DNA of 63,212 nt, counting the filler, from Kipferlia bialata (taxonomy: Eukaryota), in NCBI GenBank assembly GCA_003568945.1. It is 6 parts of 6 records of this genome, joined end to end, with 100 filler letters (N's around TTAATTAATTAA, not from the genome) between each part and the next. Parts side by side here need not be neighbours in the genome. Positions count along the whole stretch, not along the records: positions 52,145 to 57,676 come from BDIP01001029.1; positions 57,777 to 63,212 come from BDIP01001041.1; 4 more parts are not named here. One strand, 5' to 3'. Positions 52,196 to 63,212 of this stretch are shown piece after piece. A program made the position numbers and the translations under genes. How positions within the stretch are numbered: position 1 is the stretch's first letter; every line of letters starts with the position of its first letter. Under the pieces are notes generated by a model. It searched no databases. It saw only the letters and a program-made list of their open reading frames with translations, and had not been told where the DNA came from.

Positions 52196-54520
52196 GTCCA
52201 TGACCAACTGCCTCTACAACCTTGAGGTCGAGGACCCCTACCACAACGTGCTCAGGGAGCTCGGATTCGAGATGGAGACTATCCAGGTATATATAGCATA
52301 CAATATATATACTGTTCACCATATCTCTCCCTCTATCTCTATCTCTCTCTCTCTCTCTATATATATAGTATATGTGTCTCTCTGACCCCAGGGAGAGGAG
52401 TCTGACGCCGGTCTCGGCAACGGAGGTCTCGGACGCCTTGCCGCCTGTTTCATGGACTCTCTGGCCTGCCTTGACATGCCCGCCTACGGATACGGACTCA
52501 GGTGCATATATACATATGAATATGATAATACGAGCGGGATTTGAACCCACTGACCCCCAGGTACCAGTACGGTATGTTCCGCCAGACCATCGAGGACGGA
52601 TACCAGAAGGAGAACCCCGACTACTGGCTGACTCACGGAACCCCCTTCCCCCAGGTACAGCATGTCTCTCTCTCCCTCCCTACACCCTCAATACACCGTC
52701 TGTACTTACACTCCAGGTCGAGCGTCTCGACATCACCTTCCCCGTCCGCTTCTACGGACACACCGTTGCCCACCCCGTTGAGGGTACGTACATTGTCTCT
52801 CTCTCTCTCCCTTCTCAATATTTATATGCATTCCTCGGGAATCGAACCCACGCCACTACCACATCCATCTGACCTCCAGGCACCAACAAGAGCAGGTGGG
52901 GCTGGGAGGGTGGCAGCACCGTGCAGGCCGTCGCCTACGACTGTCTCTGCCCCGGACACCACACCAACCACGTTGTCCCCATCAGGTACTGTACTCTCTC
53001 TCTCCCTACACCCTTCTCTTCTTCTCTCCCTCTAGCCCCTTATGTCAGGCTGTGGGCTGCCCGCCCCTCCACTGAGTTCGACCTCAGCGTCCACAACTCC
53101 GGAAACTTCCTGAGGTACATTAACGCAACCTCTCTATCTCTATCTCTTTTTAGGCTCTCTATATATTTGCTATTATCTAACTTGCAGGTCCGTCGCCGAG
53201 AAGGCCGACTCTGAGAACATCACCTTTGTGCTCTACCCCAACGACTCCACCGAGGAGGGTACGTATACATACATACATATTAGAAAGTGCATGTAGTGGG
53301 AATCGAACCCAGGTCCTCCTAACCCCCAGGCCGTCTCCTCCGTCTCAAGCAGGAGTACTTCTTCGTCTCTGCCTCTCTGCAGGATATCCTCAGGAGGGCC
53401 GAGAGGATCGAGTGCCCCTTCTCCAAGCTCGGTAAGTATATATATATATACATATACATATACATAGAGGGAATTGAACCCAGAACCATTGATGAATGAT
53501 AGCCTTACCCTCAGGTGAGAAGTACGCCGTTCAGCTCAACGACACCCACCCCGCCCTTGGAGTGCCCGAGCTCATGAGGTACCCTCTCTCTCTCTCTCTC
53601 GTAAGATAATAGTGCAGAGAGTGGGGATCGTACCCACGCCCATCTAATCCCAGGCTTCTCCTTGACGTCCACGGCTTTGAGTGGGAGGAGGCCTGGGAGG
53701 TTGTTGGATCCGTCTTCAGCTACACCAACCACACCGTGCTCCCCGGTATGTACTGTCTCTCTTTATCTTTCTCTCTCTCTCTCTTAATGATCTCTCTGAC
53801 CTTCAGAGGCCCTCGAGAAGTGGCCCCTCTCTTACTCCCTCTCTCTCTGTCTCTCTCTTTCCATATATATTTGATTCTATATATCTCCCTCCTACTTTCC
53901 CTGACCCCCAGAGGCCCTCGAGAAGTGGCCCCTCTCCATCCTGGTCCACCTTCTGCCCAGGTACCAAAGTCTCTCTCTCTCTCTCCCTCAATTGTATATG
54001 TATAGTATTCTTGGATGGTATTGTCTAACCTCAGGCACACTGAGATCATCCTCGAGATCAACAGGAGGTTCCTCGCCGTTGTCGAGGCCAAGTGGCCCGG
54101 TGACATCGAGAGGTATGCATTACTATGCACTAAGTGGGGCTCGAACCCAGGACATTGTGCTCACCATCCAGGCTCCAGCGCATGTCCCTTGTGCAGGAGG
54201 GCTCCCAGAAGATGGTCAGGATGGCCAACCTCGCCATTGTGGCCTCCCACAAGGTACTCTCTCCATCTCTCTCTGTGTGTGTGTGTGTATGTACATCTCT
54301 CTTATTCCCAGGTGAACGGTGTTGCCGCCCTCCACTCCCAGATCATCAAGGACACCATCTTCAAGGTACACACCTGCTATTTACTCAATATAGATGTAGT
54401 GTCTGTCTCTCTATATACTTACTGTATAATGCCTCTTACCCCCCAGGACTTCTACGAGCTGTGGCCCACCAAGTTCATCAACGTCACCAACGGAGTCACC
54501 CCCCGTAGGTACAGTCCTCC

Positions 54521-54563
<43 letters not shown>

Positions 54564-56435
54564 AATTCATATATCTTATGCCTTCCTGACACTCAGGTGG
54601 ATCTCCCAGTGCAACAGGCCCCTTGGCGAGTGGATCACCGAGACCCTGCAGTCCATGAAGGTCATCAAGGTAAGGACAGCTATAAGGCAGAGGCTACAAT
54701 AGTGTGACACGAGTGGGAATCGAACCCATGGACTCTGACATCCAGGAGGAGCACGAGTGGCTTCAGGACATGTCCCTCCTCAAGAACCTCCTCAAGCTCG
54801 AGTCTGACGGTACGTGTATATATATTGTATCTGGCTGGAGTTGAACCCACACCTCTCTCACCCTTAAGCCGACACCCTCGACGCCGTGCTCGACATCAAG
54901 AGGCAGGGCAAGGAGAGGCTCTGCGACTACATCGAGGAGCACTGCGGAGTGACCGTGTCCCCCGACATGCTCATCTCCACCCAGGTACCCTCTCTCTCTC
55001 TCTCTCTCTAGACCCTTATTTCTCTCTCTCTCTCTCTCTTACCCTAGGTGAAGCGCATCCACGAGTACAAGAGGCAGCTCCTCTGCCTCCTCGGACTTGT
55101 GCACCAGTACATGGCCCTCAAGGTATAATCATACATATACATGTACACTGTTCATATATCGTAAATGTATATTATTTACTATATGCAACTCTCTTACCCC
55201 CTAGGAGATGTCCCCCGAGGAGAGGAAGGAGAAGGCCGTACCCAGGTGCCACCTCTTTGCCGGAAAGGCTGCCCCCGGATACGCCAGGGCTAAGGTATGA
55301 AACACAATAATATACTAGCAGGGAATCGAACCCACATCCTCCCCCCTCTCATCCCAGGTCATCATCAAGATGATGAACTGCATCGCTGACGTGCTCAACA
55401 ACGACCCCGAGACCTCCGACTACCTCAAGCTCGTGTTTGTCCCCAACTACTGCGTGTCCAACGCCGAGATCATCTTCCCAGGTATAGTATATACACATAT
55501 TCTCTCTCTCTAAACCCTTATTCACACCCAGGCACTGACGTCTCTGAGCAGATCTCCACCGCTGGCCACGAGGTAATCTCTCTCTATATATATATATATT
55601 ATAGTGCATGACAATGTTTTGTCCTCTGTAGGAATCGAACCCTGACCCCCAGGCCTCTGGAACTGGTAACATGAAGGCCTCCATGAACGGAGCCATCATC
55701 ATCGGAACCCTCGACGGAGCCAACGTTGAGATCCGTGAGGAGATTGGAGAGGAGAACATGGTACGCCATTAATATGTATTCCCAGGGATTCGTACCCACG
55801 TCTCTTCAGTTCTGACACCAGGTCATCTTTGGTGCTGAGAAGCACGAGGTGCTCGCCGTGCGTGACACCTACAACAACGGCTCCTCCACCCAGCTCTCCG
55901 AGTCCTTTGCCGCTGTCCTCGACGCCGTTGACGGGGGCATGTTCGGACACGCCGACCTCTTTGCCGTACGTTTCTCTCTCTCTCTCTCTCTTACTAATTA
56001 GTCTCTTTCTAATGCATCTTGCTCAGATTCTGACCCTTCAGAAGATCACCGGTGAGCTCCGCTCCGGCCGTGACTTCTACCTCCTTGCCCACGACTTTGA
56101 CGGATACATCCAGGCCTGGGAGGAGATGTTCAACAGGTATAATATATATATATACATCGATCCACTTAGTATTGTTATATATTAGTATTAGATTATTGTA
56201 TTATTATTATTATATATATATATATATATATATATTGTTTTACGGATACATCCAGGCCTGGGAGGAGATGTTCAACAGGTAATACTACACATTTCCTCTT
56301 CCTTATAAGGAAATATGCGCAGAGTGGGAATCGAACCCTCACCCTCAGGTTCGACGACCAGGATGCCTGGGCCAGGTCCATGCTCCACTCCATCGCCAGG
56401 ATGGGCAAGTTCAACTCTGACCGTTCCATCCAGGT

Positions 56436-56466
<31 letters not shown>

Positions 56467-56724
56467 GTATCTCAATGTAACTCTATCTATATGTATGTAT
56501 TTACTGTCTAGTGTGTATACTTACCCCTCAGGACTACGCCAGGGACGTGTGGGGCATCAAGCCCCAGGGCCACGAGGTCAAGGCTAGGTACAGTCACACT
56601 GTCTCTCTCTCTCCTTCTAAACCCTTTTACTCTCTTTCACTCTCTCTCTCTCTCTACCCTTTATTCACCCTTTAGGAAGGCCGCCCTCCGCTCCGCCAAG
56701 CCCGTCTCCCTCTTCGGCCAGTAA
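52196..56724 (+). CDS. GPH1: Glycogen/alpha-glucan phosphorylase (GT35), 5' partial, 28 exons visible
   Basis: [116 protein letters not shown], and the PLP site [18 protein letters not shown]. Stop at 56722-56724. Confidence 0.97.
52526..56340 (-). promoter_or_regulatory. Twelve intronic 25-nt B-box / tRNA T-arm-like elements, antisense to the phosphorylase gene
   Basis: Plus-strand core GGRNTYGWACCC in elements at 52526, 52827, 53288, 53459, 53613, 54126, 54705, 54826, 55311, 55620, 55775 and 56316 (25 nt each). The reverse complement reads GGGTTCGATTCCC-like. Confidence 0.75.
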
Positions 56725-57319
56725 GTGCCGCAACGACTAGAGACACCACATGCACTCTACCACAGGGGAGAGAGAGAGTAGGGGTGGTGTCGACAGAGTC
56801 AACTTGTAGTGTTACTGACCCCTTTTCAATTTCCGACCACTCGCGGGATAGCCCCCTAGACCCCTTGTTCTACCACGGCTAGTGTATGCGCTCAATGCAT
56901 ATTAACATGCCATACGCTGCCGTGCCCGCTGTGTCATATTATTAATAAATGTTAATCTGTATTCAATGATTGCTGGTTGGTTAACTCTGTTTTATGAATC
57001 AACCCCATAGGAGTAGGGGTATAAGCGTGGTGGCTCCACTGTCTCATATACTAAAGGTTCACAGATACGTATTGTGTAACTAGAGAGAGTAATCGAAGAC
57101 TCCAAGGCCTATAATTGTGGCTGAAGGCTTTAGTCGGCTAAGAGTACCAGTGTAAGGCATATAGTAGTACTATCATCCTAATATGCTATCACCCTAGCAG
57201 GTACCCTAGTACCTGCTGGTTCCACCTGAACCCCTATTCTCTGGTATAGCAAAAAGCAACTCACATTCTTGTGCCGCTTCACCCAGGTGTCTGTGGTCAC
57301 TGCGCCTGCCATCCACACC

Positions 57320-57429
57320 CTGCCTAACAGAGCACCCACTGCGCCTGTAGTACTGGTACACACTCAGTTGACTCTGCCTAACAGAGCACCCACTGCGCCT
57401 GTAGTACTGGTACACACTCAGTAGACTCT
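57320..57429. repeat. 54-nt direct tandem duplication (2 copies, 1 mismatch)
   Basis: ctgcctaacagagcacccactgcgcctgtagtactggtacacactcagt(t/a)gact at 57320 and 57374. Confidence 0.9.
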
Positions 57430-57626
57430 GGAGTAGCAGCACTAGCAACCATAGGGCAGCTGGCGAGTGAGTGTTATAGAGAGAGTGTTATTGAGAGAGA
57501 GAGAGTGTGTGTGAGAGATGGACCCTCTGCTTGACCCAACAGTGTGTGCATGCCTGGATCTGAGGTACAGAGGACTGCAGTAGTCTAGTATATACATATA
57601 TGTATTGCATGACTCCTTCTCTCTTA

Positions 57627-57669
<43 letters not shown>

Positions 57670-57676
57670 ACACCCC

Positions 57677-57776
57677 NNNNNNNNNNNNNNNNNNNNNNNN
57701 NNNNNNNNNNNNNNNNNNNNTTAATTAATTAANNNNNNNNNNNNNNNNNNNNNNNNNNNNNNNNNNNNNNNNNNNN
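57677..57776. other. Artificial scaffold-joining spacer
   Basis: N44-TTAATTAATTAA-N44. Confidence 0.97.
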
Positions 57777-57793
57777 GCGGCAGCGCGGGAGGT

Positions 57794-57836
<43 letters not shown>

Positions 57837-57901
57837 GAAGTGGTCACTGTATAGACAATTGCTTGCAGGTGCTAAACGTATACTCCAAGAGGCACACTCA
57901 C

Positions 57902-60900
57902 CTAGCAGCAGCAGCAACAGTGCCTCAGTTCTCTTGACAGGCGCCAGGGAAGACCCTATATCAGAGTCCCTCCTTCTGTGCCTGTCCCTGTCTCTCTCTC
58001 CGCCTCTCTCTCCGTCTCTCTTGCTCAGCACTATGTTGTAGTCTATGCTGTTGACCACCACCTCTAGCGTGGCTGGGTCCTGCGCAGCCTCCACTATACA
58101 GCTAAGGGCAGTGCGAGTAACCTGGGTGAGAGGTGTTAGCATGTGGTGAACAGTGTATATCCATATATGTGGTGGTCATTGCCGCACCTCGTCTGCCCTT
58201 GCTCCCAGCAGCTGCGTATTGAGGAGCCCAATGGTCCAGGTCTTGGTGTCCCTGTATGTCAGTGCATACCCACTACAAAGACATACACATATATATACAC
58301 GACCCTCTAACACCCCCCCCACCTGCATGGGTTGACCATGAGTATGGTCCTGAGGTGGAGGATGGCCAGGTACTTGGTGGCCCTCGACACATGGGTCTCA
58401 CTCATGGTAAGGACCTGGGGTGGGGCAGGGGGGGCATACATTAGGGTGACTACATCTACCTATCCACATCTATAGCCATATACGTTCCAGTGTATATATC
58501 TGCATGTCCCCCTGACCTTCTCGAGCAGTGTGGCCGGGCACTCTGTGTGTGGACTGGGCTGGAGGGACACAGTCATGGCCCTGATCAGGTACTGTCTCCT
58601 GCTGGTCTCACTCACAGCGGAGAGGAGACCCCACATGGTGTGCTGGGGGTTGGGATGAAGTGTTGTAGTTGGGCAGTAAAACTTGAATATGTAGGACATC
58701 AGTACTGTACTGCCCCTACCTTCCTGCTGTCTATGGTGACACTGGTCCTCATCATGTAGTCAGACCCACGCCTAGGGGTGAGGAGGGTATATATGGATAT
58801 ATATAGATACCAATACAGAGTCGGTGTGACATGTACAAATATATATATGTATGTCCGAACACGCATGGTAACCTTCAGCATTGCAGTATACATACACCCA
58901 TAAACCCCACCTTGTGAGCAGGAGTGCATTGATCACACTGAAGAAGCATCTGGCGTGTGTGGTCCTGACCCCCATGCTACTCAGCATGAGTCCCTCCTCA
59001 CTCTCGGCACTGCGTCTAAGGGCGTAGGAGGGGGTCTTGGGGGTCTGGCCAGGGCTGGGGGACCTGTTCTGGTAGGACAGGGGACTGTCTGTACCCTGGC
59101 CCTGTCCTGCACTAGTCCCTGCCCCCCCAGCCCCTGATGCCTCTGCGGTATGTGTTAGGGTCTCCTCTGCCTGTAACACAGCATGCAGACAGGAGAGGAG
59201 GAAGGGGCCAAAGCGGGACTGGGAGAGCACAAGGACTCCGGTGTCGGAGGAACCTGGGGTCATGGGGGATGGGGGTATAGAGACTGTGAAGTATTAACAC
59301 AAATATTACGTATATACTCCATCTATGGAGACCACATGATAACACTACCCTCCTACCTAGCAGGGTGAACAGATCGAGCACTGTCCTGACTAACATGGGA
59401 CTGGCCGGACTGAGGGCCTGCACGAAGAAGCCCTTATCACTATCCATCAGATACTTGAACAGGGCCTTGAACACACCCTTGCGCACAGACAGCTCGAGGT
59501 ACTCAATCTCTTGCCAGGGGCCTAGGGTGGGTGGTCTAAACACATGTGTATATCAGTAGTTCAGTGCATCACTGGTACTGATACAGCTATATATGCAAAA
59601 TGTTACCAGATGTCTATATGGTACATCGCATGTCTCACACAGCGCAGTATGTATACACCAGTCCAATTATGACTCCCTCTTTACCTATCAACAGGTCGGA
59701 CACCGCGGCCCAGTCTGCATTGTAGGGGTCCTGGAGGTCAGATAATACAATACACACTAAGAGATGTATGCGTACACAGCCTTCCATACACTAACATCAA
59801 ATTCACTCATACACTACCCAGTTTTACACACCTGTTTGAGCCCAGACCTCTTCAACAGTGCCAAGAACTCTTTCCTACGGGTTAGAAGGACACATTGCCC
59901 ATCAGAATACTGTCCCGGCATCTCATTAGTATAGATAGTAACGTTATGGCATACCTCCCCATGTGCCCGACCAGCAGGTGCCGCACAGAGTGACCCTGAG
60001 GGTCAGACACAGTACAGAATAGAGAGAGGGTGACATATATAGAATGGACACACTGTGGGTCTCCATGCTACAGGTATACTACGCGGACACCCACCTGTGT
60101 GTCTGCCACCCCATGTCCCGGTAGTGACTCCTGCAGCACCCTCTCACTCACACTCATGCACAGCTTGCCGCCTCCCTTGCCCTTGGAGTCAGACACCCGC
60201 GAGATATCAACCTGCGTCAGAGAGGAGTATCTCTTGTCATACTCATATGTACATGTTTACTGATAGTACCACTATAGATATACAAGTCTAACCCAAACCT
60301 GTCTGGGCAGTCCGTACACGGGGTCTGCGTCCTTCTCTCTCTCCCTCTCCCTGAGGTACTGTATGTTCCTTAGCAGCAGCGCCGATCTGAATGACAGGCT
60401 GTGTCTGTCGCTAAGGGAGGCAGCCTCTGAGACCAGCCTGGGGAAGGCGTTAAACTGAGACCTGTACTCCCCGGGGAGGAGCTCGTCTGCCATGGCGAGT
60501 ATGATGTACACTAGGATGGTGGCCTCATGGGACACATCTGCACACTGCACTGCCACAGGCACCCTGCCCATAGAGGGAGAGAGAGAGCCCATGCCCAGGG
60601 CAGGGGAGGAGGGGAGGGGCATCCCGTAGTGGGAGTCGGGGGGGTTGAGGCAGAGGGAGGTGTCGGCTGGTGGGACGGCACTGGCCAGCCGGATCAAGAC
60701 ATCAAAGAGACCAGCCTTGAGGAAGGACAGTAACACGACAGACAGGTAGCTGTTGACCAGATTGTGTCTGGGGTGGGGTGAGGTGGACAAGTCAAAGTCT
60801 ATAAAGACGATATGTATATGAGGACAAGAGTGTGCTTAGGTGTCAAGGTAGAATCTTCTTCCGGCCTCTATTAGATATATATAGCTATGACTCGTGACAC

Positions 60901-63161
60901 ACACCTGTCCGATAGCGTGTATGGGAACAGCTGACTGACGACTGTCACATACTGTCTGAGGTCGGTGGAGGGGGCCTGGGGTGAGAGAGAGAGAGAGATG
61001 CAGAAGAGTATACGATGAGGGAGTGGAGCTAGAGACCACGTACACTAGCTCCCTTCCAGGTCTCCTGGTCCTGTCCCCTCTCCTTCTCTCTGTCCTTGTC
61101 AGTCCCCCTCATCAGCTCTCTGGCCCTCCCCCTCCCGCCCCTCCCCCTGTAGTGGTCTCTCTCCCTCACCCACCCCAGCAGCTGCTGCCTTGTCTCCTGT
61201 CTAGTGCCCAATAGGCTGTACATCAGGTCTAGCAGGCTGTCACAGGACCCCGGCACCTGACCACACTCAGATAGGGCAAGGAGAGAGAGAGCACGGCCCA
61301 GGGCCTCGAAACAGTCCTGCTTAGCAGTGAAGTAGATCAATCCACTGAAGCATCTGGGGGTGGGGTATGGGTTGAGTGAGGGATACAATTTCACGTACAG
61401 AAATGGATATCTTCCAAGTAAATATCCAGAGAGTGAGAGAACTGTGTGACTAGAAGACACCGATACACCCACCTTGCCACGCGTAGCAAGGGTGGCACTA
61501 GCATGTCTCCTGAGAATGTGGTGTGTGGGGAGGGAGAGTGTAGGGAGCGTATGCGAGAGTCGAGGTTACCCAGCCGGTCCCGCTCTCTCTCCCTCTCTCT
61601 CTCTTCGTCCGAGTGGTCTCTCACCAGCAGCCTAGCAACATCTCCCTCTCCATCCTACGGTGAGAAGAGTGTGTATATACAGATAGAAATAGCGCTCCAA
61701 ACTGTATCCTCTCTCCCCCTCTCTCCATCGCACCTTCGATGCCTGGGCCACTATGGCAGGTGTAAGACCGTATAGGAGCCTAGACACTGAGGATCTGGAG
61801 AAGAGACACCTGGGGGTGGGTACCAGCATGTACACAGTGGTACAATTTCATATAGTCAACTGATATAACTAATGTGTGTGTACCCACCTGCACCGGGGAG
61901 ATGCCAGGAACCTGTGTCCAATCTGATCTGCTAGGTCATGCACATATCTGCTGGGGGTGGGAAGAGAGGGGAACTGATAACATTATTGTGACAAGACTAT
62001 AATGGGTGTGGTGTACTCTCCTACACAACCATGTATACAACACATATATACACACTAATTGTTCACACACGTACAATGACTGGTATCCCTCTGGCCCCTT
62101 AACCCTAGGGTCCAACAACACACACACCAGTGCATCAAGGGCATTGGCCTGGGGGTAAGTGTGTATACATAGAGAGAGATATTATAACACATACACCCAT
62201 CCACACCCACCTGAGCTGCCAGTGTGGGGCATGTAAGGCAGAGGGTCCTAAGCAGTACAGTCGCATGCATGTGCTGGGGTTAATAGATGAACATCATTAC
62301 CTATAAATGTATAGAGGTGCACTATAATGAAAGAAGACGTTAAGACAGAGACACATACAGTACCTGCTGCTTCCTGTCGTCCATCAGGTGGGTGTTGGCC
62401 ACTAGGGCCACCAGGGAATGTGCCACACACACACCCACAGAGGCAGGCTCATAGTTGAGAATGGCAGCTGTGGGTAAGGGAGGTATACCTGGAGTATACA
62501 TTGTCACTATCCTTTCCTATCTAGAGAGACACCTTACCTAGTAACTCCCTGGCACTGTCGAACAGACCAACAGACCTGAGGGTTAGGTTGCCTTCTACTT
62601 ACTAGGCCTGATACTAGCGGTTGACACAACTATCATACTATATACCGTACTGGTAGGTAGTCACCCATACCTGTGCAGGGAGTGGTACCGCAGTTCAACT
62701 AGGGACGCAGAGGCCAGGGCCTGGATACCTAGGGGTTGGGGGGAAGAATATACATATAGAGGATCTTTGCATTTACATGGTATAGATGAATTGAATACAC
62801 ACCTGTCTGCAGCATTATGAGGCCTGGTCGCCTGTCTCTCAGAGACGTGTGCTGGTGGCATATCTTAACGACTCTGGGGGTAGAGGGTAGGGGAGAGAGG
62901 GAGTACGATGGTGGGGGGAGAAGGGGGGGAGCAGGGGGAGAGGGAGAGGGAGAGAATGATTGTGACGAGTATGAGTATATCCGGAGAGAGGAACACGCTT
63001 ATTCAGGGTCAGAGGAGGAATCAGCATACAGATAGGAGAAAAGGGGCTGAGAGTAGGTAACTACAGAGAGATTAGGGGAGAGAGAGAGAGATAGAGAGAG
63101 AGAGAAAGAGCCGAACCTAGCCAGCGCCTTGAAACCCAGCCGTCGCATGGACACCTTCGCC
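57902..63161 (-). CDS. RICTOR: Rictor/AVO3/Pianissimo (TORC2 subunit), partial at both ends, multi-exon
   Basis: NLVNSYLSVVLLSFLKAGLFDVLI...ATILVYIILAMADELLP...FPRLVSEAAS...RSALLL and WTIGLLNTQL...VTRTALSCIVEAAQDP match conserved Rictor_N and Rictor_M blocks (human DLMDNYLALILSAFIRNGLLEGL...ATILLGELLHMANTILP; WGIELLVTQL). Confidence 0.85.
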
Positions 63162-63212
63162 CTGTGTGAGGAGGGGGGGGGGGGGGGGGAAGGGGGGAGG
63201 GGGGGGTTAATC

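Noticed and set aside
52526..56340. Possible intronic tRNA genes or LTR primer-binding sites
   Set aside because: Only the T-arm and 3' strand geometry are present. The D and anticodon arms would overlap phosphorylase exons and are not seen. There is no TGG (anti-CCA) start and no LTR.
57206..57448. ORF with VYQYYRRSGCSVR, reminiscent of tRNA-splicing endonuclease subunits
   Set aside because: Too short, duplicated and at a scaffold end, with no catalytic motifs visible.

Overview
Eukaryotic, very intron-rich DNA from a protist. Branch-point-fused acceptors (YTNAC-n3-5-YAG), microsatellite introns and a lineage-typical kelch-like gene suggest a fornicate such as Kipferlia, but that is an inference. 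The window is six unlinked scaffolds joined by artificial 100-nt N44-TTAATTAATTAA-N44 spacers. Genes reconstructed by hand across GT-AG introns: a protein kinase with a C-terminal LRR, a kelch-like propeller, an orphan protein, an Rnl2/REL-family RNA ligase, MRD1/RBM19 head-to-head with MAK16, a giant helical protein ending in an alpha-actinin-like EF-hand domain, a C2H2 zinc-finger protein, a Nudix-ankyrin fusion, a hypothetical protein, DBP10/DDX54, glycogen phosphorylase and Rictor. Two non-coding patterns stand out. (1) Many introns hold several 'echo' copies of the neighbouring exon end plus its splice site, and these copies differ from the real exon mostly by synonymous or conservative changes. 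(2) Twelve of 27 glycogen phosphorylase introns carry one antisense 25-nt element shaped like a tRNA 3' part (T-arm/B-box, 7 nt, then invariant A), 8-31 nt upstream of the acceptor.
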